From Macrostomum lignano (Eukaryota): 64,000 nt of DNA. Below are positions 12,307 through 24,673 of the stretch, piece after piece. Position 1 is the first letter of the stretch; each line of letters starts with the position of its first letter. The stretch spans positions 296,039 to 360,038 of the forward strand of contig NIVC01000347.1 in NCBI GenBank assembly GCA_002269645.1, written 5' to 3'. Position numbers and translations under genes: made by a program. The notes beneath the pieces are model-generated. The model saw only the letters and a program-made list of their open reading frames with translations, made no database searches and was not told the DNA's origin.

Positions 12307-15300
12307 ATGACACAGCAAATTTCACTAGCGCCACCCGGCCCGTTTGCAACAGACGGCGACACTCACACAGCGGCTTGGGCTCGCAGGTTTGAGACCTACA
12401 TCGCAGCGGCCGGAATCTCTGACTGACGAGAAAAGGGCGCAGCAGCTGCTTCTTTATGCGGCCGGAGAAGAACTGCAGAATGTAGTTGAAGAGAACCAGA
12501 TCGCGGCAGGTGAGGGTTACAAGGATCTCGTGAAGGACAACACTGGGACGGAAAGAACAAATTGTCTTCCTCCGCTTCAAATTTGAGACCTGTCGACAGC
12601 AGGCAGAAGAGTCAGTGGACCAGTGGCACCAGCGGCTGCGCAAGGCAGCCGACGCCTGCAACTTTTGACAGCTGCGAGACTCTCTCATTCGCGACAAGAT
12701 AGTCGCCTACTGTTCATCTGAGAGGCTGCAACGAGACCTGCTGCAAACTAAGTACATCTTGCTTGACGAAGTCCTAAAAAGGGCGAGAGCAAAGGAAGCA
12801 GCAGAGTGCTATGGAAGCGGAGGCGCTGAAAGAATCGCAGCACCAACACCTGGCGGCAATCCGCAGGCAAAACATGGGAAAAAACAGGCCTGATAGATCA
12901 AGCTGCAACCGGTGCGGCAGGTCTGGGCACGCCAACTGCGAAGCAGCCCGTGGCAAGACTTGTAGACGCTGTGGTAAGCCCGGACACTTCGCACGAGCTT
13001 GTCGGTCTCAGCGTGAGCCATCGAACTCAGCGGCGGTAGCTCTTCTCGAGAACAGTGGCGAGTCAGACTGCCGCCAGCCTAACGACTCCCAGGACCGCGA
13101 AATCTTCGAGCTGGGTCGGCCCGTGCAGTCGGCTAGCGTGGAGGCGGAGATCAACGGCACCAAAACTAGCGTGCTCATCGACAGCGGCGCCTCACGCAAC
13201 GTCATGAACGAGAAAACGCTCGAAAGTCTGCGAGACCGACCGGAGCTGCGGCCCTCAACGGAAAAGCTGTTCGCGTATGGAAGCGACCGACCGATGAAGC
13301 TGCTGGGCAAGGTTGAAATCAGCGTCAGAGATTTTTGGGGCAGCAATCAATCGCTGTTTTCCATGTAGTAGAAGACCGCAGTGTCGCCATCATCGGCAGG
13401 CAGACGTGAACGCAGATGCAGATTCTTTGAGTTGGACCGCCATCGACACTGCATCAACCGGTGCTGCAGATTTCAGCGGCAACAAAGACAATCGAGCAGC
13501 TCCTGGTGGGTATGCGAGTCAGCGGTGCAACTGAGTCCGATACGAGTACCGCGACCATCAGCAGAATTCCGCATCGACGTGCGGCAGTGCTCGAGGGAGT
13601 CGGCTGCTACACCGGCGCACCAGCTACCGTCCACATGGCTCACGGAGCCCGTCCAGTCTGTCACGCGCCATCGAAGGTGCCAATTCACTTTGCAGACGCT
13701 GTTGACAAGGAGCTGCAGGCGCTGGAAGAGCTAGGCATCATCGAACCGGTAGAAGGTCCAGCCCCGTGGGTAGCCCGCATGGTCATCGTGCCAAAGAAAG
13801 AGCCAGGAGAAGTTCGCATCACCCAAGACCTTCGGGACGTCAACCGCTACGTAATCCGAGAGCGACATCAGATCCCAACGTTTGAGGAGGTTACGGGAGA
13901 CATGTCCGGTAGTAAGTTCTTCTCAGAGGTTGACGTTGCCAAAGCCTTTTATCAGGTTCCAGTTGCCGAGAACTGCCGCAATCTACTAACGTCTCGACGC
14001 CGCGTGGACTCCGTCGGCTCACCCGGCCATCCATGGGACTGTCATGAGTCGGGTCCTAGCCGGTCTGCCCAACAGAAAACGGTATTTCCCTGAATCCACA
14101 AAAATGTAAGTTAGCTCACTGCAGCATCGAATTTATGGGCATGCGGCTGAAAGCAGAAGGTGTCCAAGCAACTGAGAGCAAGATTGCGGCGGTCCAGAGC
14201 TTCAAGGAGCCCGAGACAATCGGTCAGTTGCGCTCGTTCTTGGGCCTGGTCAATTTCCTGGCCGTGTTCACACGCCAGCTACCAAAGGAAGCCGAGCCGC
14301 TGAGGCGCCTGACGAGAAAAGGAGTTGAATGGGACTGGAGTGCAGAGCAAGCAGGCGCGTTCAAACGATTGAAGAGCAGCATTGCGACCCCAGCGGTCCT
14401 CGCCTTCTTCGACAGACGACTTCGCACGAGGCTAATCGTCGACGCCGGACCCATCGGGCTAGGCGCCATCCTGGCGCAGGTGCAGAACGACGGAAGCCTG
14501 CGGCCCGTGGCGTATGCAAGCCGAACCCTCTCGAATGTCGAGCGGCGATATTCCCAGACTGAGAAAGAAGCACTGGCTGTAAAGTTCGGCTGCCTAAAAT
14601 TTGAACACTATCTTGTCGGAGCACCCGACCACAAGCCGTTAACCTCAATGCTCGCGATGGGATCTAGACCGCCACCCCGAATCGAGAGAATGGCGTTGCG
14701 AATTCAGCACCTGACGTTCCGCATCGAGTACCAGCCGGGCGCCTCAAATGCAGCCGAGGTGCTGCTCAGCAGGAAGCCGTTACCAACTCTAGGCAAGAAC
14801 ATTGGCGAGGAGTTAGACGAGGCTTGCATCAACGCCGTGCTGTTGGCGGCCGTGCCGAACGCGCTGTTGCTAGAGGACATTCGATCATACTCGAAGGACA
14901 ATCTTGTCATCCACGCGGCGATAGCAGCGATGCAAGGCGGCCGGTGGGACACCTCCAGTTCCGAGATGAGGGCACTGCAAGCGTTGCGAGAGGAGTTGTC
15001 AGCATCAGATGGCATTCTACTACGGCAGAGACGGATCGTCGTCCCAGAGGTTTTGCAACAGCGCATGCTCGAGCTGGCGCACAGGGGACACCAATGCGCG
15101 AGAAAGACACTCGACCGGCTCAGCACTAAGGTTTGGTGGCCCAGGATGGCATCTCTTTACTTTTTTTATTAGAGGCAGGGGGGTTGTGTGCACCCTGGTA
15201 CACTTTAAGCGACATAGGCACACAACCGGCGAGAGGCAGTACTGCCCATTCCGCCGACTCCCCTGAGCAGGCACACAAGCGCGCGGATACGTACGTAGGC

Positions 15301-16148
15301 ACACACTCACACAGGAGTGTACAGCGGCCCTAACTTTATTTTATCGTTAGGCATGTACACTTCACTGCGCCTTGGGGGGGGGGGTTGGCCTTCAAGGCCG
15401 TTAATTGCACGAGCAGAGCCAAGCCGAGATTCCAATTCAGCCCCAAATTAATGGGACTGCACTTGGAATCGAGCCTGGGTCGCTGGCACACCAGAGCCTG
15501 CGCTAGACCGCTGGGCTACGGCCCCCAGGGTGGCATCTCAGGCGGAAGAGTTTGTCAGGCGCTGCTAGGCTCTATTCGAGCTACGCCACTGCAGCCCACG
15601 CCCATCCCAGAGGGCGCCTGGCTTTCAATCACAGAACTCCAATATGCAACACTATGCTGCTGGTCTGCATAGATCGGTACTCCAGATTTCCAGAGGTGCA
15701 GTGCATGCAGACGACAACAGCGGAGGCGCTGATTCCTCGAATGCGCTCAATGTTTGCGCGATTTGGCATTCCACAAGAACTGGTAACCGACGACGGTCCG
15801 CCCTTCTCGTCAGCGGAGTTCGGGCGCTTCCTGGCCAGCTACGGCGTCAAGCTTATCATCCCGCTCTATCCAGCGGCCAACGGCATGATGGAGAGACTCA
15901 ACCGATCAATCAACAAGGTCGTGCGAGTGGCAATCGATGAGAACAAGGACTGGAGAGCGGCGCTTGACGACTGGTTGATGGCGTACCGAAACACCCCACA
16001 TGCGGCCACGGGGCGCTCGCCAGCGGAGCTGCTGATGGGTTGCCGCCCAAATGACACCATCCCAGCCATCAAGCCGTCTCAGCGAGTCAGAATTAACGAG
16101 CAGCAGCTGCGTCAAACCGATGCCAACGTCAAGGCGACAATGAAATGA
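12307..16148 (+). pseudogene. Disrupted gag-pol of element A
   Basis: Frameshifts and stops lie between gag, PR (12811-13368), RT (13461-14093), RNase H (14135-15155) and IN (15540-16148). The RT segment that should carry YxDD is missing between ..RVLAGLP and TENGISLNPQKC. A SINE splits the IN zinc finger. Confidence 0.9.
15156..15523 (-). mobile_element. tRNA-derived SINE (~368 bp) inserted in the integrase of element A
   Basis: Minus-strand head GGCCGTAGCCCAGCGG (A box) ... GGCTCGATTCC (B box); A-rich tail CTAATAAAAAAAAGTAAA; 16-bp TSD CCCAGG(A/G)TGGCATCTC at 15140-15155 and 15524-15539. Removing it restores KVWWPRMASQAEEFVRRC. Confidence 0.9.
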
Positions 16149-16957
16149 CACGCAGACCCAAAGCGTAGGCCGCGCAGCTGCGGGATCCGGGTCGGCGAAG
16201 TCGTCCTGCGGCGTCGCGTCGGAGCTCGAAAGGCACAGACCCCATGGAGAGTCGAACGAGTGTCTGGAAACTCCCTAAAGCTGCCCCGCGACGGCGCTTC
16301 CTGCTGGCGTCATTGCACAGCCGTCAAGCTGGTCACCCCAGATCCGATCTCGGACGCTCCGCCAGTGACAACGGCCGGCGCCCTTCCTGGAGATCTGGAG
16401 ACTCGAGAGGGGCCGCTGGCGACGCGACCGCATCCTCGTGCGGCGAAGTGCGGTGACAAGCAGTACAAGTGATTTGAACTGTCAATTTCTGTGAACAGCT
16501 GTCAATATCTATGAACTGTCAATTTCTGTGAACAGCTGTCAATATCTATGAACTGTCAATTTGTTTAAATCTTTTTTGTGACGTCGACATTTCAACTTTT
16601 AGGATCCAATATTCGTGTTTTTATTCCTCCATTACTCGTACAGTAATCCTCGAGTTTTATTGTTCTGTTGTTGAATTAACGAACGCAGAAACAAGATAGA
16701 TAATTATCCGGGCGCTCAGTGGCACCAAAAGAAGGGGTTGGCCAATAGGAGGGCGGCTCGTATATTTATGCACGCGGGGAAGGAAAGTTCTAGAAAGACC
16801 GGGGAAGGAAACTTCTGGAACTATGCGTAAACAAGTCCGCGGTGGAAGTTTCTAGAAACGCTGTCCCCGAACTACCCCTACGCATCGCATGCCTTTGCAA
16901 TACACAACATTCTTCCCCTCCTTCAAGGAGTCCAACAGTCCCCAAGCTTCACTTTAA

Positions 16958-17695
16958 TCAGTCCCAGCGGCAGTTCATGAAGCGTATCGGCGGGTGCCTG
17001 GCTCGCTCAGATCGGCGGGGCGCTGCTGTTCTCGCCGGAGGCTCCGCCGCCGGTGCCGCCGGTGCCGCCGGTGCCGCCGTGCCGGCTCCGGTCGTTGGCG
17101 CCGAGTCCACCAGTGGGTCGAACCGCTCTCTCGGCTGCGCCGGGTGCGGCGTTCGGATCAGCCGCTGCTGGTTCCATCTGGTGCCGTCGCTGAGCTCGAC
17201 CGCGTGGTGTCCCGCCTGACGGAGCACTTGTAGTGGCCGTGAGAGGCGGGTACCCAGCTTGCCCTTCTTGGTGGGCCGTCGGATTCTCACCCACTCGCCG
17301 GGGTGGAACGTCTCGGGGCGGGCCCTTCGCCTGGCATCGGTGTAGGCCTTGATCCGCTGCTGCCGCGCCTCGATTTGCTGCCGCAGTGCCTGAGGCGTCG
17401 CCTCGGTCGTTGTCATTCCCCCGCCGGGAGACAGCATGGTGATCGCGGTGCGCCACTTCCGACCCAGCATGAGCTCGGCCGGTGACTTGCCCGTCAGGCT
17501 GTGCTTGGAGCTCCGGTAGGCAGACAAGAAGTTGGTCACGGCGTCTTGAAACGGCCTGTTCTCCACCATGGCCGCTCTGATGCTGGCGAGTAGCGACCGA
17601 TTGAGACGCTCCGTCTGGCCGTTGGTCTGCGGATGGTAGAGGCTGGTCTTGACGATGCCCTGCTCGGCCAGGAAGTCCGAGAACTCGCTCGATGA
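16958..17695 (-). pseudogene. C-terminal integrase remnant of element B
   Basis: SSEFSDFL..TSLYHPQTNGQTERLNR..YRSSKHSLTGKSPAELMLGR in a frame shifted from gag; the N-terminal part is deleted. Confidence 0.85.
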
Positions 17696-19070
17696 TGCCG
17701 TCCTTCTCCATCTTGTCGAGTTCGGCATCGACCTGCTCCTGTCGCGTGAGGGGCAGGCGGCGGAGTGGCTGCTGGACGGGTCGCGCTGCTGGGTCGACCT
17801 TGGGCTGGTGCACAGCGCCGGCGCAGCATCCTATCGCACCGCTGAAGGTCGTTGGGTACCGCGCCTGCAAGTCCGCCGTCAAGTCGCTGACCTCCGCGAT
17901 TCCGGGCGGCTGCCCGCTAAGGTCGACTCGGAAGCCCAGCTTCTCCATCAGGTCTCTACCGACGATGTTGTCGCCGCCTGGCGCAACGAAGAACCGGTGC
18001 TGCATCGCCTTGTCGCCGTAGCGCACCTCCAGCTCGGTGACACCACTTAGCTGGATCGGCAGTCCGCCGTAGGCACGCAGCTTCGTCGTGGTGGGAGAGG
18101 TGACTGCACCTGAGATCCGGTCGGCGGTCTGTCGGGACAGCAGCGATACCCTTGCGCCGCAGTCCACCATCAGGCTGACAGCGGTCCTGTCCGGTCCGAG
18201 TTCCAGCGTCGCCCGGACCTCCCTGTCGCCACCCGGCACTGCGTAGACTGTGATCACCTCGTCCGCGGCATTGACAGCAGCCTGCTGGCTGCGACAGCAA
18301 CTCCGGAAGTGGTTCTTCTTGCCACAGGTGTCGCAGGTCTTGCCCTTGGCCGGACAGGGGGTCGTCGGTCCGTGGTCTCGCCCACAGCGTGTGCAGGCGC
18401 CGCCGGGTTTGGCTGTCCTGCCAGCTGGTGCTGGGCGGTGCCTCCCCTTTGCAGCGACCTTCTGGCCCCTCGGCTGTCGGATCGATTGGACGGCTGCCGT
18501 GCTCGAGGTTGATGGCGCCATCGCCTTGGCTTCTTTGGAGGCTTCCTCGATGGAGACCGCGATGCTGAGTGCTTTCGCCAGGTTGAGGTCCTCCACCTTC
18601 TCCGTCAGCAGCCTCTCTCGGATTCTGGGGTTACTGGTCTTCTCAGCCAGCTGGTCTCTGATGAGATCGTCCTGTATCGCGCCGTAGTTGCACAGCTCCG
18701 TCAGCTCCCTCAGGGCTGCCACGAAGGTCTTGACGTCCTCGCCGGGTAGCTGCTGGCGCTGGCGGAAGCGATATCTGGCTACCATCACGTTGGGCTTCTC
18801 GCCGAAGATCTTCTCGAGCTCCGCCTTAGTTGCTGCGAACGTGTCGTTCTCCTTGATTGCTTGGCGTGCTCGAGCAACCCGCTGACCTTCAAATCCAAGC
18901 AGATGGAGCAGAAGGCTCCTCTTCAGCGGTTTCGCCTCTTCCTTCCCTTCGGGCTCCTTGAATTGGGCCGCCTCGTAATAAAATTCAAAGGCCTCAATCC
19001 ATCGGCTCCATGGTACTGTCGGTGATCCGCAGTTCGCCAGGAAGGGCGTGGGTGCAGGGATGCTAGCCGC
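17007..19070 (-). CDS. Open gag-protease ORF of element B (two zinc knuckles, VDCGA protease, first residues of RT, then out-of-frame tail)
   Basis: Uninterrupted ORF MAASIPAPTPF..; CTRCGRDH..C / CDTCGKKNHFRSC; LMVDCGA; ends the pol frame at DKMEKDGIIE. Confidence 0.85.
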   Translation of the reverse strand, partial: AASIPAPTPFLANCGSPTVPWSRWIEAFEFYYEAAQFKEPEGKEEAKPLKRSLLLHLLGFEGQRVARARQAIKENDTFAATKAELEKIFGEKPNVMVARYRFRQRQQLPGEDVKTFVAALRELTELCNYGAIQDDLIRDQLAEKTSNPRIRERLLTEKVEDLNLAKALSIAVSIEEASKEAKAMAPSTSSTAAVQSIRQPRGQKVAAKGRHRPAPAGRTAKPGGACTRCGRDHGPTTPCPAKGKTCDTCGKKNHFRSCCRSQQAAVNAADEVITVYAVPGGDREVRATLELGPDRTAVSLMVDCGARVSLLSRQTADRISGAVTSPTTTKLRAYGGLPIQLSGVTELEVRYGDKAMQHRFFVAPGGDNIVGRDLMEKLGFRVDLSGQPPGIAEVSDLTADLQARYPTTFSGAIGCCAGAVHQPKVDPAARPVQQPLRRLPLTRQEQVDAELDKMEKDGIIERVLGLPGRAGHRQDQPLPSADQRPDGASQSVATRQHQSGHGGEQAVSRRRDQLLVCLPELQAQPDGQVTGRAHAGSEVAHRDHHAVSRRGNDNDRGDASGTAAANRGAAAADQGLHRCQAKGPPRDVPPRRVGENPTAHQEGQAGYPPLTATTSAPSGGTPRGRAQRRHQMEPAAADPNAAPGAAERAVRPTGGLGANDRSRHGGTGGTGGTGGGASGENSSAPPI

Positions 19071-19843
19071 CATCCTCGTCGCCAATGTTCTGTTGTTGAA
19101 TTAACGAACGCAGAAACAAGATAGATAATTATCCGGGCGCTCAGTGGCACCAAAAGAAGGGGTTGGTCAATAGGAGGGCGGCTCGTATATTTATGCACGC
19201 GGGGAAGGAAAGTTCTAGAAAGACCGGGGAAGGAAACTTCTGGAACTATGCGTAAACAAGTCCGCGGTGGAAGTTTCTAGAAACGCTGTCCCCGAACTAC
19301 CCCTACGCATCGCATGCCTTTGCAATACACAACATTTATATCTGCCCTATCGTTTCATTTCTGTGAAAAGAGGAGAGATGTGAGTCAGGGTCGCATGTGT
19401 ACTTTACTTATGTACATCGGGCCACGCCCAATCAATATGAATCGGAGGGGTGCTGCACCCCAAATATATATTCACTGGTTGCGGGCTCTGGTGAGAGCCG
19501 TACTATTTTCCACCTCGCGCTAACCGTCTGAGTTTACTCACTACAACGTAGGCAGCTACAGCACACAGCATCCAGCATGTACGAGTAGTTGCCATGGCTA
19601 CCTATGGAGAAAGTTAAATATGGCAAAAGGTCGCCTGAGAAATGTGCCAATAGGACTAATGAATCAAATATTCATTTCATACTTTTAATACTTGAATATT
19701 TTCAAGTATAAAAAGTGTACATGTAGGCTAGGTACATGCAACTTCACTTCACTGGAAAGTACTTCAGGTACTTAATTTTTAATTTTGATCTGCAAATGTG
19801 TCAAAGACAAACTGGAATTACATGTATTGATCGCTACTAACAG

Positions 19844-20005
19844 CCGTGGCGGATCTAGAAGTTCATTTTGGTGGGGGGCGGTCCAAGTTTGTGGCACCAA
19901 CTCGAGTATGAGAAGCGCCAAATTTTAAGCTAAGGGCGCTTAAAGGGCGCAATATGCTTCATCAAGCTGTTTCGGCCCCCTCCCTCCCCCCTAAATCCGC
20001 CTCTG
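19844..20005. mobile_element. hAT-type MITE (162 bp)
   Basis: Imperfect 15-bp TIRs CCGTGGCGGATCTAG / CTAAATCCGCCTCTG and exact 8-bp TSD ACTAACAG (19836-19843, 20006-20013). Confidence 0.8.
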
Positions 20006-21230
20006 ACTAACAGCATTTGCATTGTTGCTATATTTATTCCTTGCTTTTGTTTACTTACCTTATTATTGCATTCTATAGGCATGACAAACTAGTTACTAGT
20101 TAAATTGGCAAATGGCAAGCGTAGGAAATTGCTTCTAAAACGTTGCATTTCGTTTGGCTCCATGTTTAAAGGGAACTAAGCCCGCCAGTCTGAGTACATT
20201 CTATGTGTACGCAGCCCTGTGTACATGCCGCGGGGTATGGGGGTTTCTATTTTTAGCACATAAGCGAAAAGCACGATATTGCAGGCAGATTTGAGAAAGA
20301 AAAATTCAGAACGATGTGGCTCGGGACAGGGGGCAGGCGGGCAGCTTTGGGTGTAATGGATTGCAATAAAATAGAGTAGATTGTAAAGTAGATTGCTATT
20401 GCCATTGGTCCTGACACTAACTAGACCTACTAAAAATGTTAAACGTTTATTGATTTTTATTTAGTAGACACTTTCCATAGGATCGAATGTCTCCGTTTAA
20501 AACAAGAAAATATTTATTCTTATTTTTATACTTTACGAAGCCGGACACTTTTTCGGTAATATATTAAATTCTAATAAAAATTAAACTTCGAAGGTCCTTT
20601 TAGGTTAAAGAAATGCATCATCTATCCTTGTTATAAATACAGTGGTGATATCAAATCTACGGAAACAAATAGCTGTACGAAATTAAAACGAAAACGAAAA
20701 CTCGAATGCGAGGGCAGCTTAGCTTGAAAGCTTTTTTTGTAAAAGACTGCCATTGCTTTTACTGAATTCGAAAATTCCAAGGTGGGAGTGACGAGTGAGG
20801 TATAACTTTGAACATGACAGATTTTTGCAGCCTTGTTAGTCAGAGCGGGGTTAGAGGGCAATCCGTGTTTTTACGCTCGTATGACCTTCAATTTTAATGT
20901 ACACTCAAATGTACGTACCCTCTGTCGGGGGACAGGGGGAAAGGAAACCCCTGGCAAGTTGTAGCGGTAAATAAAAGCGGCGCCAGATTCATCCACAGAA
21001 TTACCATGGAATTTCCGTGGAATAGCCAGATAGATTCGTCAGTTCCACGTTCAACGTGCGTAAGACTTACCAGCTATAAATATGACAAAGTTTTAGCACC
21101 CAGCTGCGACCTTGCGAGTGCAATTTTGACCTCAAATTATTCAACAAAGTTTGGCTAACTAGAACTAGCTTCGATTCTCAGGTTTTTAGTATTATTAAGT
21201 ATTATAAATACAACGCAAGTAATAATAAAA

Positions 21231-23704
21231 ATGGAGTACGATGGTATCCAGCATCGATCAGATGAAGCAGTGCGTTACAACGTCAGGCCGTGTTATCAAA
21301 AATGTCCAGCAGATCCGTTCCGCCGATCCAGCTCCAGCAGCAGCAGCGACCGAGGCTTTGAATCGTCCAACGAATCGGACAATGACAATTGCAGCAACAC
21401 ATTGTCATCGACTGCGAAGTTCACGGAGGAGAAGCATACCAATGAGAAGCATTGGAAGCAATTGGCTTTGAGTATAGTAGCTCTGAATGAGACCGGCAAA
21501 CTCTACAGCAGTCTCTTTGTTGCTCAACTAATTAACCATCTGACCTTCAATCGTCAGCAGCTGAACGATCTCGGTTGCAGAACCAAACAACTTGTTGAGT
21601 CTTTCGAAAAAATCCAACTTGAAGAAGGCAAACACGATTCAACCAATAGATGCTTAACAATAGCTCTGCTTAATCGCGCTGATTGCTTTGAGAAGCAGCA
21701 AAATCAGGTATTATCAAGCAATGGTGCCAATAAAACAACAAATCAATGGCGCCCATGCCCCCGGCTCAGACACTATCGCCAACAGCAGCAGCAACAGCAG
21801 CAGCAGGTGTGCATCCTGCAGTTCTCCGACAGGCCGTTCAACGCCGACCAGCAAGGCCCGGTCTGTGGCGTGCCGCAGAGTCGGGCCGACATGCACAGCG
21901 AAGCCAACCGGCTGGCGACTTTCGAGGACGCCGGCGAAGCGACCTGCTGGACTACGACGGACATCGGCGAGGATGTCAGTCGCGCCCTGGCTCGGGCCGG
22001 TTGGTTTCGCAGCAACCGAGAGGGCGGCCTCCGATGCGCCTTCTGCTACGGCAATGTTGATGCAGCAGCAGCCAGGCGCAGTTTGGCAAGTTATGCTGGC
22101 GGCGACCGCACATTCTGGCCGATGCAGCTGCACCAGTACCGGTTTGGCACCTGCCCGATGGTGCTGCAGCTGGCTGTTGGCAACCGGCCGCTGCCTGAGG
22201 AGGATCGAGGTGAGGGCCATTGCCGGAAAAGGAGGCAGAAAAATGGGGGGAACGAGGGGAAAACGAGGGGATGAAGAGGAGAAAAGGAGGGGGAAGAGAG
22301 GGGAAATGAGGGGAAGAGAGGGGAAAGGAGGGGAAGAGAGGGGCAAAGACTGGAAGAGAAGTGGAAGATTAGGATCTACAAGAGTGTGAACGGAATGTAA
22401 AGGGAAGGTACAGAAAAAAGTATTTCAATTGAAATGCAGTGAAAATGTAAACTATAATTAGTTAGCTACATACATGTAGCTGTTGGCCCATTGTCCCAAT
22501 TGCAGAAGCCAGTGAGCCCAAGCCACTCAGAGCTCCCGTCGCCTGCAGTGAAGACAACGATCCCAGCAGCAGCTCAGGCAGCTGGACTACAGAGAACGCA
22601 GCTTCATCCACCGTAGCGCCATCATCCGAGTCAGAAGCCAGACACCAACTCCGTCGTCGTCCGGGCCTTCCCACCGCTACCCTGGCCGCTGCCCGGTCCG
22701 CCTGCGATCCCAGAGCCGACAGCAACCTCTCCCTGCTAGAGCGAAGCCTGCTGATTCAGAAAAACTCCTGCGATGTTGCTGTGGAGACCTACCATCCGCT
22801 CTGCTATCCGGAGATGAGCGACCCCGCTGAGCGAGAAGCCACTCTGACTGCCACTGCCGGTCAGCTGACCTTGAACTCCTCCTCATCAGCCGTAGTTCCG
22901 CTTCCAGCCAGCCTCCTGGCTCAGGCGGGCTTCTTTCAATTGTCTGGCACAGACTGCCTGGCCTGCTACTGGTGCGGCGTCAATCTGAGACACTGGCTTC
23001 CCGACGATGAGCCCTGGATCGAGCACGCCAGATGGTCGCCTCGCTGTTGTCACCTCCTGCTAGAACGGGGCGCCGACTTCGTTCTGTCTTCCAGACGCCT
23101 GCATCCGCCGTACGTAACGCCGCTTGACGAAGTCTCAGTCAGCTCAATGACTTCTGTTTCTTCGTCTTCCACAAGTTCGAAAACAACTCCGGTTGGTTCG
23201 GCTGCAAAGTCAGCCAAGGCCGATCCGCCATCCGTCTGCATCGACTATCGTATTGAACTCCGTCAGCTGCGCTCTCGGGACGACACCTTCATAGTGCTGC
23301 TGGCTCGCCAACTCCTCGACGGCGGATATTGTCGGGACGTCAGGACGGCAGTGGCGGAGAAGTTGAGAAACACCGGAGCAGACTTCACCTCCGGCCAGCT
23401 GCTGCTGAGCGCTGTCATGGACGTTCGTCAGCGTCGAGAGCGGCTCGGACTGGACAGCGCCCAGTATCACGACCTGCGCATGTCCGAGCTGGACGACATC
23501 ACCCTGGCCGATGCTGAACATCTCAACAGCGACGCCGAGATAGATTGGCGAGCCTGCAAAGTGTGCATGGACCGCCGGATCAATGTCACCCTGATGGACT
23601 GCGGCCACTTCTGCTGCTGTTCGAACTGTTCGAGATCGCTGAGCGACTGTCCCGTGTGCAGAGCGCCGATCCGAGCTACCCTGCTCATCCGGCCAGACAG
23701 TTAG
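21231..23704 (+). CDS. Inhibitor of apoptosis (IAP) family protein: atypical BIR, BIR, UBA-like, RING (~725 aa)
   Basis: Exons 21231-22209 and 22506-23704 with a phase-1 GT-AG intron join in frame. BIR1 is CAFC-x28-H-x6-C; BIR2 is CYWC-x16-H-x6-C; UBA-like ..VRTAVAEKLRNTGADFTS..; C3HC4 RING CKVC..CGH..C..C..CPVC. AATAAA lies near 23826. The start codon is less certain. Confidence 0.92.
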
Positions 23705-23909
23705 AGTTCGGCTGAGCTGTTGTTAGCAAAAAACTCAAGTGTGTGTTCGCTACTAGTACTACTTGTAATATTTAGACGTTAAGTACAATAGTAAGTGACT
23801 TACAAGCGCATTCGCATTTAAAAAAAATAAAATTATACTGCTTGGAGCCAAAACATCCAAAGAATTTTCAGTATTTGTTTGTAACTCTTGACCAGATAAT
23901 TGCCTAATT

Positions 23910-24673
<764 letters not shown>

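Larger units (their letters stand above)
16661..19334 (-). mobile_element. Young, internally deleted Ty3/gypsy LTR retrotransposon (element B) nested in the 3' UTR of element A
   Basis: 249-bp LTRs at 16661-16909 and 19086-19334 with 1 mismatch; perfect 5-bp TSD TTTAT. PBS TGGCGACGAGGATGG (matches, from memory, the 3' end of eukaryotic tRNA-Ser(GCU)); PPT GAAGGAGGGGAAGAA. Confidence 0.96.
12107..19545 (+). mobile_element. Decayed Ty3/gypsy (Mag-like) LTR retrotransposon, element A
   Basis: 167-bp TG..CA LTRs at 12107-12273 and 19379-19545 (4 mismatches). PBS-like TGGCGTCGC follows the 5' LTR and PPT GAAAAGAGGAGAGA precedes the 3' LTR. Flanks CCGTA/ACGTA are a 5-bp TSD with 1 mismatch. Internal order is gag (ATG 12307, two zinc knuckles), protease LIDSGAS, RT, RNase H, integrase. 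Confidence 0.95.

Noticed and set aside
15450-15523. tRNA gene on the minus strand
   Set aside because: A and B boxes are present but the acceptor and anticodon stems do not pair properly; it is the head of a TSD-flanked SINE.
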